The notes below the pieces were generated by a model that did not search any database, was not told the origin of the DNA, and saw only the letters and a program-made list of their open reading frames with translations. From Trypanosoma brucei (lineage: Eukaryota), in the NCBI GenBank assembly GCA_000002445.1, contig CP000068.1:1024001-1088000 (forward strand): a stretch of 64,000 nucleotides of DNA, read 5' to 3'. A program made the position numbers and the translations under genes. How positions within the stretch are numbered: the stretch's first letter is position 1; each line of letters starts with the position of its first letter. This document shows, in pieces, positions 1 to 9,317 of this stretch.

Positions 1-2060
1 CTACGCATCTTCTTCAACTCAATCGTGCTCCTTTCTCCATTAGGATGCAGTATAACACTGCTGGTGTTAATGTTGTGCCATTCAATAAGGTGTTGGAGCA
101 GAAGAAGAAGATAACCACAGGCGTTGTTGATCTCCGTTGTGCTTACAAAGCCTTGACGCTTGTCAAGCAAACCTCTCGTGAAGTGCAAGCACACTTGTTG
201 TTGCATGGTCGTCAATGCGGTAAATTCACCAGCACCACAGCACGAAACATCCGACCTATCCTTTGAATCCTCCTTGTCTTCCGATATAGCTGGTACCGCC
301 TCTTTATTTGTTGCAGGGGTCGCTACGACCTGGGTCTGTTTTGGGGTGTTTGGGGCGACTTTCCCAAGGCGTAGTCGGGCTATGGTTCCGATGCTGCCTT
401 TCGTGTTAATTGGAAAGGCCAATGAGGTCGCACGGGTGCTGCGAGCGAGGGTGTAGCTCTGCGACATGTTTTGTATGGATTTTTCTAAGGCGGCTGCCGT
501 TTCAGCAACCTCGTAAAACGCTTTCGTTTGATATGCAGTGGTCCTAATACTAACCTCAATTATCTTCCGCGAAGTTTCTTCACGTTGCGCTTTCAGGTCC
601 GGGAGCATTTCATCAGCAACCTCCAAGTGTGCCCAAGAGATGTGTGCCAGGTGCGACTCTGCTTCGTCAACCTCAATACTCAACCTTTCCAGGCTCTCCT
701 GTTGCTGCAAATCGAAAACGCCGGATTGTCTATCTTGCTGCTCTTTGCAGTTACTTTTATCCACATGGTAACCACTCGGCTGAACTTCCAACTCATCAGG
801 AATCTCCGCTACCTCCATAAGCTTTGCCAAATCTTTCATAGCAATAGTTGTGGCATCCTTTTGTCCTGCTAGTGCAGATATCCAGCAACTAATGCATAAG
901 GGCAGGTCTGTCGTACTTCCATGAACCACCTGCCGCATCAGTCGCTCGGAGAACTGAGTTAAAAGCGCCTTGTAAACGTCTGTCATCGGCGGGGGTGATA
1001 TGGTGCCGCACGATACTGTTCTTTCTAACGTCAGTGTCCGTGCTAACCCAATCCTGCTGCAGCTAACGTCGTTTAGTTCCGCATTTACATTCGTGGGGGC
1101 ATTTCCACTTCTTTGGGGTCGGGGAGACGGGGTTCTCAAAGCATGCGATTCATTTGACTGCAGGCCTCCGCCCATTTGAGCAAATGTGAACGAAAGGTGA
1201 GAGCCAGCCATGGAGTAATATTCATTGCTATCGTCACATTCCTCGAGGTTCGCAGCATTGGAACGATTACACGCCTCACCATCAGCAGCTCCACCACCAG
1301 ACCTTCCAGGAGACTCAGCTTCCACAATCCCTGCTATATGGGGAGTTGAAATATTAAGACTAGGGAATGGAGTTGATAGTATTAGGGACGCCAGCGGTAT
1401 CGGAAGTCGGTCCTGCAAAATGTTGCTGCAAGGGGCAGAGGCCAAAGCGGTAGAGGGATTTAACGCGCCAGATGAGGGAACTGTGCTGCCCTCTTGTACT
1501 GAACTCCAAACATCAGAAATATACGCGTCGTTTTTTTCCTTTGGAAACCATGCATACTGATGTGCAAAGGTTTCCGGTAACGTCGCCGTTATCTGGGCTC
1601 TCCCCATCGCTACCTTTTTCACATTACCGTAGGTTGTAGACGCTTCGCTTGCTCCGCCGCAATCGCTCTCGGTATACTGACTGGCCTCTCGACTATTTCC
1701 GTCTACAGACCATGGAGTGAATGGAGAGGGCGACAGCGCACCATATTTACCAGTGGCTGTCGTGCGTGATCCTTTGACCGCTGGGTGGAGCCTAACCTTC
1801 CCCTGCTGATGCCTTTCATTACGTTGAGAAGTAACAGGGAATGCCGCGCAGCACTCCTTTGCGCTCTTTACATCCTCGTCAGTGTTTGTTTGCGCTCTCG
1901 ATAAAAATTCGGGTTTTTTGTGTTTATATATTCTTTTTGCGCTGCCAGGAATGTTCATAGTGCAGACGGTACTTTGCCCTGCCAACGGCACGCTGCGGCG
2001 GCATACACAACACACGAACAGGGCACACACGGACCCTCCAGGATGGCTGCCGTCGCCCAT
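1..2060 (-). CDS. Partial CDS, 3' end beyond the left window edge. Ser/Thr/Ala-rich low-complexity hypothetical protein, at least 686 codons in window.
   Basis: Manual minus-strand translation gives one frame with no stop from a TAG at ~2110 down to nt 1. The first ATG is at ~2058-2060 (MGDGSHPGG...). A second in-frame ATG is at ~1956-1958. The ORF is absent from the ORF track because it has no in-window stop. A chance open frame of ~2 kb is extremely unlikely. Confidence 0.6.
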   Translation of the reverse strand, partial: MGDGSHPGGSVCALFVCCVCRRSVPLAGQSTVCTMNIPGSAKRIYKHKKPEFLSRAQTNTDEDVKSAKECCAAFPVTSQRNERHQQGKVRLHPAVKGSRTTATGKYGALSPSPFTPWSVDGNSREASQYTESDCGGASEASTTYGNVKKVAMGRAQITATLPETFAHQYAWFPKEKNDAYISDVWSSVQEGSTVPSSGALNPSTALASAPCSNILQDRLPIPLASLILSTPFPSLNISTPHIAGIVEAESPGRSGGGAADGEACNRSNAANLEECDDSNEYYSMAGSHLSFTFAQMGGGLQSNESHALRTPSPRPQRSGNAPTNVNAELNDVSCSRIGLARTLTLERTVSCGTISPPPMTDVYKALLTQFSERLMRQVVHGSTTDLPLCISCWISALAGQKDATTIAMKDLAKLMEVAEIPDELEVQPSGYHVDKSNCKEQQDRQSGVFDLQQQESLERLSIEVDEAESHLAHISWAHLEVADEMLPDLKAQREETSRKIIEVSIRTTAYQTKAFYEVAETAAALEKSIQNMSQSYTLARSTRATSLAFPINTKGSIGTIARLRLGKVAPNTPKQTQVVATPATNKEAVPAISEDKEDSKDRSDVSCCGAGEFTALTTMQQQVCLHFTRGLLDKRQGFVSTTEINNACGYLLLLLQHLIEWHNINTSSVILHPNGERSTIELKKMR

Positions 2061-2849
2061 GCAGACTAGCAACACGCAACAATGACGAAATGGTAGCCCA
2101 ACGCAGAAAAAGAAAATAAAGCACAAATAAATTATTGAGAAAGGGAACTATACCTCGGGGAAGGCGGCGGCAAGCTCAAGTAAAGGGGCCGAGCAACTCT
2201 TGTCAAAACACAAAAACGACTCCCGATAGTGGCTAACAGTGCAAAAATACCGAATGAAAATAAAACGTTTAGCAAAGAAAAAAAGACGAGAGAGAGAGAG
2301 AGATACCGCTCACTGAGTTTACCGTTGTGTATGGCCTTGCAGTCCGCACCGCATACAATCGCTGTCACTTCCCCCACCTCCTGCAATGAATATCCCTTGG
2401 CTCGTATTTAACTTCGCTTAAGTGAACAAAGTAAGAATCCAAGGACGGCAAGTACTAAATGTTACCTTATAACACTTTGAGTTCCCTCTTTTCCTCGTGG
2501 ACGAAACGCTAACTGAAAAACGAAATGGGGGAATCCAGGAAAACAACACGAAAAGGAGTGTACTGCCAAGTAACGTCGGGAACGAAAGTACACAAAGAGG
2601 ATTTTCAAGAAATATTACACATTATTTAACCTCACAGGTGTGAACAGAGAATTTCATAACCTCACCACCACGTCTTCCTTGTAACTCCCTTCATCAACAT
2701 GTTATCTACTGTGCGTCAATACTGCAAGCAGAGTGCAAAAAAGGTTCCTCTATCCATGCACTTTGCTTCAAGGCAAAGTTTGTCACATCATTGTCAAAAT
2801 CATAACCGTATCACCAACCCCAAGATCACGTGGCACCAGAACCGATAGT

Positions 2850-5800
2850 TTACTGCGCAGAAGTATATGGGAGTTCAACCCCTGATAGGCACACAGAACG
2901 AGGATGGTACAGTGGCTTTGAATGTTCAGCGGCAGCAGCAGGACGATGGCTGTAATTGCAAGAGGAGTGGTTTAACCTATCAGTGGTGTAACTCTGTTGC
3001 TGTTCTGCGAGTTCAATAGAAAGTGAACGCACCTCGTCCCGCATCTTATGAGAGGACGCCAGTAGTTCCACCTCACGCATACGCAACTGTGCGTTAACTT
3101 CTTCAACGACGCGGCGTGCCTCCCGCTCCTTGTGGAGTTCGTCATACAATTCACTGAGGCGCTGATCCACACCTCTACACGCGCCGCGTGCCGCGCTGCT
3201 GACGGCAGCCTCCAGCTCATACTCTTCCTGCTTCCGTAGCAACGAAGTCGCCATTTGTTGTGATTCCTCCAATTGAGCACGAAGTTGACGATTTTCCTCC
3301 AAGGCACCGCACATCGCTTCCTTGTGCTTTTCTTGTTCGCGCTTCAGCTTGTCAATGCGGTGGCGTAAAAAGTGAAACACCTCACGCAAGCGTTGGGCAG
3401 GCGCCATTTTGGAGGGACCACTACAGGATCTGCCACAATACTGTTTGCCTACCCTCACCCATTTTGATGGGTCGGTCTTCCATGATGGTGTCATTGAGGG
3501 GGCGAAATGGGCCCGATATTCGTTAGAAGCAACGTCAACCTCCGCAATATCAATAACCTGTTGCAGTAAATAAGTGCTTCCAACTGTGTTATTTTTCTCG
3601 TATATACCGACTATGATGGGGAGGAGGTCGCGTAACGGGGGTATTTGCACCGTCCGCACAATATTCGTGAGAAACGGTCTACGAAAAAGTTCTGACAAAA
3701 GGGGGACGCTTTCAACTACACCGCGCAAACTGTTAGGCGGAGCGAACACTTTACCGCATGCGGGCACACTAAGCCGTGAGGCGCCATCATCGTCTTGACC
3801 ATCGGCATGACTGTCATGAAGTTCAAACGATACACGTCGAGGGCGACGAGAACGTTTTGTCGCCCGGCTCATGCGCGTGCACGCAATGGACACAGTTGCC
3901 ACGGCGAAGAAGGAGGGGTGATAGATAAATGGCGCCAAGCGTTTGCTCTCTTTTCGTCGAGTTTCCTCCACTTTTATATCTTTTATCGTATCCCTCAGCT
4001 CCAGCATCATCGAGCGACACTCTTCCGTAGCGGCTTCGTAGGCTCGACACATTGCGCGTCTCTCTGCCACAACCGTCCGCACACGCATCACCACAGCAAT
4101 TAAAACACCACAGAAGCATCGTGCAACCTCATACAGTGCATGTTTTCCTTTCTCTTCACGCTGTACACGCTGCTCTAGCGCATCTGTGATGCGAACCAGA
4201 TCATCACACCGACCACGAAGAACCGCCATCTCGAAGTGCTCTTCACGTCGCTCCGTGAGCTGTTCCCTAAGCGCATCAATATCCTTAGTTCGGTTCCCAA
4301 CTTCTTTTCGTTGTAACTCACAATCCTCCTTCATCGCCTGTAATTCCTGCTGCAACTGCCGGTGTCGCTTTCCAAAGGACTGCAGCTCCATTTCTGCTAT
4401 TTCCGCTTTCTTCACTGCAACCTTTCGTTCGACGACTGCAGCGGAGAGTTTCTTCTCTAAATCAACTTCTGTCGCTCGCGCAGCTGTCAGCGAGGCCTGG
4501 AATCGCTTTGTCGTCGCCTGGTGTCGTTGCCTCACTTCCGTAGTCGCTGCAATAAGCCGTTGACGTTCCTTTTGCCATTGCGCTTCGTTAGAATCCAGAG
4601 TCTCCCGCATATCCTCGAGAGCGCAGCACGCTGCTTGCTGTGAGGTCTTCAGCAACGCCAGCAACGACTCGATTTCTCCACCTGATGACGGAACATCCCC
4701 TAGCAGTAATTTCGCAGGATTCAAGAGTTCCGCTGGTGACGCTACCTGGGGAGACACAGAATTGTTTCCCTTACCCTCAATAGTCAACAAATCCCCAATT
4801 TTCCTTACTGCGGTCACTTCTCTTTCAGCGGAATTCTCTGACAGCTTCCGTTCCTGTTTTGAATTGCCTGACTTGCTTTTGTTCTTACTTCCCTTCGCCG
4901 AGACTGAGAGTAACTGACGGCAGTGGCGCTTCACTGCCTGTGCTAGTTGATTGTACCGACAGTCAGCAATAGTGAGTTTTTCCTTCATGTCCTCGGCACC
5001 TTGCCGCACAGTTTGTAGAGTTTGCTCGATATTCCTTAGCTCATCCTGATGTGTACGCCGCTCAGTGAGTAGTAAGTTTTGCATATCCCGCTGTTGCTGT
5101 GTAGCGGTTAAAAGTTGGTCCCCAATAGCCGTTTCTATTGCTTGTAGTTGCTTCCCGACTTCGTTCGCACAGCGCAGGAGAGTGGTGTATGCACAACTGC
5201 CCCCCACTTCACCGTCATCAGGACAACCGCCATCACTCAGTGAAGCATCTGAGCGAGTAAGGGTGTTGACTAATTGTTTTCCATGCTTACAAAGCAACAG
5301 CATGGTTCCACATGTTTCCCTCTGTATACGGTGTAGGTAGTCCACATAAACCTCGAAAACTTCTCGCACTGCAGCTGCTTCAAGCTGGCGACGCTCCATC
5401 TCTTCATAAAGCTGAAGAAATGTTATATGCAGGGTAGCATCCACCTCCCGCCTGTGCTCATCATCCACATCGGTGGTGGCTGTATTTTTACTTTGCTTCA
5501 CTTCACAAGCTTCCGCGTCAACAACCTCAATATTCTTCGCATTCACCTGTTCCAACTTGGCACAACGCGAATGCATAACTTTCAATTCACCGTGTATTCT
5601 CTCATTTACATTCCTCAGCTTCCCCAGTTCCGCTTCGTACCTTCCTTTACACTCGGTCAAAGCCACGCGCTCCTTCTCAGACTGTTCTAACAGCTTTCGA
5701 GTGTGCCTCAGCTCTCGTCTCAATCCACCCAGTTCACCTTCCATAACGCGTAAGGCATGGACTTGCGGTTCGAGCGCCAATCGAGCCTCACGCCGCTGCG

Positions 5801-6416
5801 CTGCAGCCATGGCTACAAACTCACGGCGACGTTCCTTCTCGTTAAGTGCTGCAATGCGAGCACCAATGAGGGCATCTTCGAGGACTGCTTGTTTCTCATT
5901 CACAGCGCACAGTGCAACTTCCTGCTCCCTACATCGGTCCTTGTACCACTGAAGCTCCCGCTGCTGCTTCGCTGTTTCAATGAGAAGATTTTCCCGTGAG
6001 AGAATCGCCGTGGGCAACGCTGCCGTTGTTAACGTTGGAGGGTCCTCATCCTTCGCTTCAGGATGTAGGCCATTGGGTGAAGAACAACATTCACTTGGAG
6101 GGAGTGTACTAGCTCTGCCGTCCGGAGCCGTGTGATCCGGTGATCCGCTGACTTGTTCTCCACCGGGTGTGTGCTTCGTTACTCCATGCTTGCGAGGGCT
6201 CTCTGTGGTTGGTTCCGCTTTGATTCTGTCGTTGGTAACAGGCGGTGACTCCTCCTGAAATGATGGTTGAGTGTTTAACGGAGTGTTTTTACTTGTCCCA
6301 CGACCGCAAGTCCAAACATGATGGGATAAAACCGGTTCGACCCCCATCGTTTGGTTACCAACTTCATGACCACTGCCGCGTGTTACAGTGCTCTTACCCA
6401 ACTGCAAGGATGCCAT
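2850..6416 (-). CDS. Large coiled-coil protein, 1188 aa. The N-terminal ~200 aa are Ser/Pro-rich, followed by long E/R/L/Q/K-rich heptad-like segments with an embedded globular region. Function unknown.
   Basis: Single 3.6 kb ORF with an ATG start verified by reading (MASLQ...). Composition is typical of coiled coils. No motor or P-loop motif was seen. Confidence 0.7.
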   Translation of the reverse strand: MASLQLGKSTVTRGSGHEVGNQTMGVEPVLSHHVWTCGRGTSKNTPLNTQPSFQEESPPVTNDRIKAEPTTESPRKHGVTKHTPGGEQVSGSPDHTAPDGRASTLPPSECCSSPNGLHPEAKDEDPPTLTTAALPTAILSRENLLIETAKQQRELQWYKDRCREQEVALCAVNEKQAVLEDALIGARIAALNEKERRREFVAMAAAQRREARLALEPQVHALRVMEGELGGLRRELRHTRKLLEQSEKERVALTECKGRYEAELGKLRNVNERIHGELKVMHSRCAKLEQVNAKNIEVVDAEACEVKQSKNTATTDVDDEHRREVDATLHITFLQLYEEMERRQLEAAAVREVFEVYVDYLHRIQRETCGTMLLLCKHGKQLVNTLTRSDASLSDGGCPDDGEVGGSCAYTTLLRCANEVGKQLQAIETAIGDQLLTATQQQRDMQNLLLTERRTHQDELRNIEQTLQTVRQGAEDMKEKLTIADCRYNQLAQAVKRHCRQLLSVSAKGSKNKSKSGNSKQERKLSENSAEREVTAVRKIGDLLTIEGKGNNSVSPQVASPAELLNPAKLLLGDVPSSGGEIESLLALLKTSQQAACCALEDMRETLDSNEAQWQKERQRLIAATTEVRQRHQATTKRFQASLTAARATEVDLEKKLSAAVVERKVAVKKAEIAEMELQSFGKRHRQLQQELQAMKEDCELQRKEVGNRTKDIDALREQLTERREEHFEMAVLRGRCDDLVRITDALEQRVQREEKGKHALYEVARCFCGVLIAVVMRVRTVVAERRAMCRAYEAATEECRSMMLELRDTIKDIKVEETRRKESKRLAPFIYHPSFFAVATVSIACTRMSRATKRSRRPRRVSFELHDSHADGQDDDGASRLSVPACGKVFAPPNSLRGVVESVPLLSELFRRPFLTNIVRTVQIPPLRDLLPIIVGIYEKNNTVGSTYLLQQVIDIAEVDVASNEYRAHFAPSMTPSWKTDPSKWVRVGKQYCGRSCSGPSKMAPAQRLREVFHFLRHRIDKLKREQEKHKEAMCGALEENRQLRAQLEESQQMATSLLRKQEEYELEAAVSSAARGACRGVDQRLSELYDELHKEREARRVVEEVNAQLRMREVELLASSHKMRDEVRSLSIELAEQQQSYTTDRLNHSSCNYSHRPAAAAEHSKPLYHPRSVCLSGVELPYTSAQ

Positions 6417-6454
6417 GGAATCGGCGGTTATCGAATGACTAACTTTGTGTCAAC

Positions 6455-6457
<3 letters not shown>

Positions 6458-6499
<42 letters not shown>
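6458..6499. repeat. (TA)~21 microsatellite, ~42 nt upstream of the coiled-coil gene ATG.
   Basis: The perfect tatata... run is visible in the sequence at 6458-6499. Confidence 0.95.
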
Positions 6500-6501
<2 letters not shown>

Positions 6502-7723
6502 CTATATATGTTGACGTGGACCGTAAAGCAACGTTAAAACTGTTTTCTATGTACAAAGCTTAAGATTCGCTTCGCTGGAACGCACTTTTACTTGAGGAGC
6601 AACCTCATTCGTGCTTAAAAGTCAAGCAGAAGGAGGTGCTCACTCCTCTTTCTTTCTCTTTCTTTCCCTTTTCCTTGTGTTTTCTTTGACGTCTTCCTAG
6701 TGAATAGGGGGACGTCAAGTTAATATAACTGTAACTTATACAAAAAAAAGATTTTGGGACGCAAAATAAAATGAAAGGAAAATGTTCAGTGAAATCAAAA
6801 AAAAACAATATGTGGCGATCAACCCTCCCTTCGTTTCTTTTCCCATCCCATATCTTGGGAGCAGAGTTAAAACGAGGAAGAGAAGAACAGAGTAAAACCG
6901 AACAAAAAAGCATGAGATAAGTAAAAAAGAAAAGGGGGCTGATAGATGAAGGGGGAGCATTAAAAAAAAAAAGAAATTAAAACACAGAGCGGCAGAGATG
7001 CCTGACATATTGTAAGAGATGGTAATCGGATAACTGATTCACAACCAAAGTAACGACAAAGATATTCATTAGAGCTGTAGAAGAGAAGTAAAAGGGGGAA
7101 ATGGAATAAAGCGGTACAAAACTGTGCGATATCTCTGTGAATGGCCCATGAGAGAATTTAGTCCTCTCCTCACACCTCGTATGATATGATGGGTAGGCCA
7201 CACTACACCTAAATTCCAAAAGGACTGGAGTAAAAACAAAAAAAAGGGGACAGTACATACACAACAAATACAATATCATACTCATTGTTTGACAACAAAG
7301 AAAAAAAAGTGATACACTCCTTCAATACTTCTGCAAAACACACATAAATACACATAAACACGCACACCTAAGAAAAAAAAAGAAAAAAGAAAACAACCGT
7401 GGAAAAAGAAATGTTCACACAAAAGTTCTTGCTATTACCAACCCTTCTGGTACCGTTGTATTGATACTTTTATTTGCTCACCAGTTTGTTTCCACTTCCC
7501 TTATTATTTAGTTTCAGTTCCCACCTTTCCACTTTCCCACATGTAACTCATGTATTTCCCAAGCGAAGGCAGAGGGAGCACAAACACAAACAATGGAAAC
7601 CGATGTGAGACGTGGCGACATAGTTTTTTTTTCTTGAAAAGTTTGTCGTCTGCGAAAACAAATGAGGAACAATGGCAAACATAAGTAGGAGAGAACAGCA
7701 GCTGTAAACTGCACACATAAAGT

Positions 7724-7726
<3 letters not shown>

Positions 7727-7758
<32 letters not shown>
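7727..7758. repeat. (AT)~16 microsatellite inside a 2.9 kb spacer.
   Basis: The run is directly visible in the sequence. Confidence 0.95.
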
Positions 7759-7762
<4 letters not shown>

Positions 7763-8512
7763 ACATGAAACCGACAGTTGTTTTGTGCCTGCGTTGTTGG
7801 ATACACCATAATTGAAGGGGGAACAACAAAAAAAAAACACCAGAAAGAACGGCAAGAAGGAGTGCAAGTAAGTAAGCAGAGCACAATATAGAAATTTCGT
7901 TTCAGTTGATGAAGTGCGTAATCGACAAGTTCGCATTGCATTTCTCCACTCCACCATCATCACTATTTGAAAGAACAACAACAACAAAAAATGCAATATG
8001 TTATTAATTTCATATCCAACCTCATATAAACGCTTACACCCAAATTATTCCCTCTTTTTCTTTTTTTTAAAAAAAAACTTTCTCCCTTCTATGCTCTCGT
8101 TTTAATTTTATTAGCAGGAAAAGTTACCTGTTTCTCTGCCCTCCAACTCTTTCTTTTTCTGTTATTGCTGCTTCTAGTTAGTGACGGCTATTGGTAGATT
8201 TCTGTTTCTTTGATTCACGCATTACTCAGACACCGGCGAGTGGGGTGAACACAATTAGATACAAACGGCAATAACAAAAAGAAACGTGAAAAAAAACATA
8301 AAACAGCATAAATCTAATCCAGTGAATAAGCAAATGACATGAAACGAAAGAAACATTCACGGAATGGAAAAGGAATATTTGGGTCGTGAAACAGAAAGAA
8401 AGAAAGGCGTCAAATACAAGAAAAAAAAAAAGAATCACGGTGTGATATTTTCCCCCCCCTTATATTTGTTTTCTTATTACTTTATCACGGAGAACAAAAA
8501 CAGTAAAAAAAG

Positions 8513-8620
8513 GAGAGAGAGAGAGAGAGAAAGAGAGGACAAAAACACATTATTAAACGAAATTAAATTCCCCTAAATACAGACACACACACACACACAT
8601 ATATATATACATATATATGT
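8513..8620. repeat. Compound microsatellite (GA)n / (CA)n / (TA)n: gagagagagagagagaaagagagg ... acacacacacacacatatatatatacatatatat.
   Basis: The compound repeat is directly visible in the sequence. Confidence 0.9.
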
Positions 8621-9317
8621 ATACTTACCTATAGAACAGTTTTGTAAACGATTTTCCCTCTTTTTTTCCTTCGAAAAAAAAAAGTCCCAGCTGTTATGTA
8701 AAAGCTATAACTGTGTGGAGGGGGAGAGGGGAGTGTTTTGTGCTTTAGAAGTTCTGAAAAAGTTAAAATAATCATTTCTTAACCTCCATTTGGGCCCTCA
8801 CTTCCTCCCACTATACTTCGGGAAAGATGAAGAAAAATTGTACATTTCAGTTGGGATAACAGCAGGAAAAAAGTAGTTGTGAAAATACACAGAGATACAA
8901 TCCCAAACGAACAAACAAAATAATTACGCTGAAGAAAATAGAAAAAAAAACAGTGTACATCATAAGTAATGAAAATAATCAGGCACACGATCAGAGCATA
9001 CCTGGCAATGAATTGTGCCCCATACAAGTTTTCACACTCTACACGCACTAACACACAAAACACACGTAAGTGCAGGCGCATACACAGAAATACATATAAA
9101 CGTATCTACAGATATGTACGTATATAGATTTATTCATCTGATACGGGCACAAAATAAACATTTGCGCTTACTTACCTATATGTGGTCGACTCATGGAGAG
9201 GTTAAAGTTCGGTGTCACACCCCCTTCTCCCCTTCAACCACACCCGCATCCTCCTCAGATCCGATGTGATACACATACACATTTTAAATATACCCACGTA
9301 AACGAACATGTGAAACT

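Noticed and set aside
6458-6499. The regularly recurring (TA)n runs, considered as a CRISPR-like array or bacterial repeat system
   Set aside because: They are simple dinucleotide microsatellites with no spacers. The context is eukaryotic (kinetoplastid), not prokaryotic.
6605-7996. Five overlapping 90-160-aa ORFs in the long spacer
   Set aside because: They are translations of A/T homopolymer and (TA)n tracts (FFFF, IYIYIY, KKKK). They are low-complexity and not coding.
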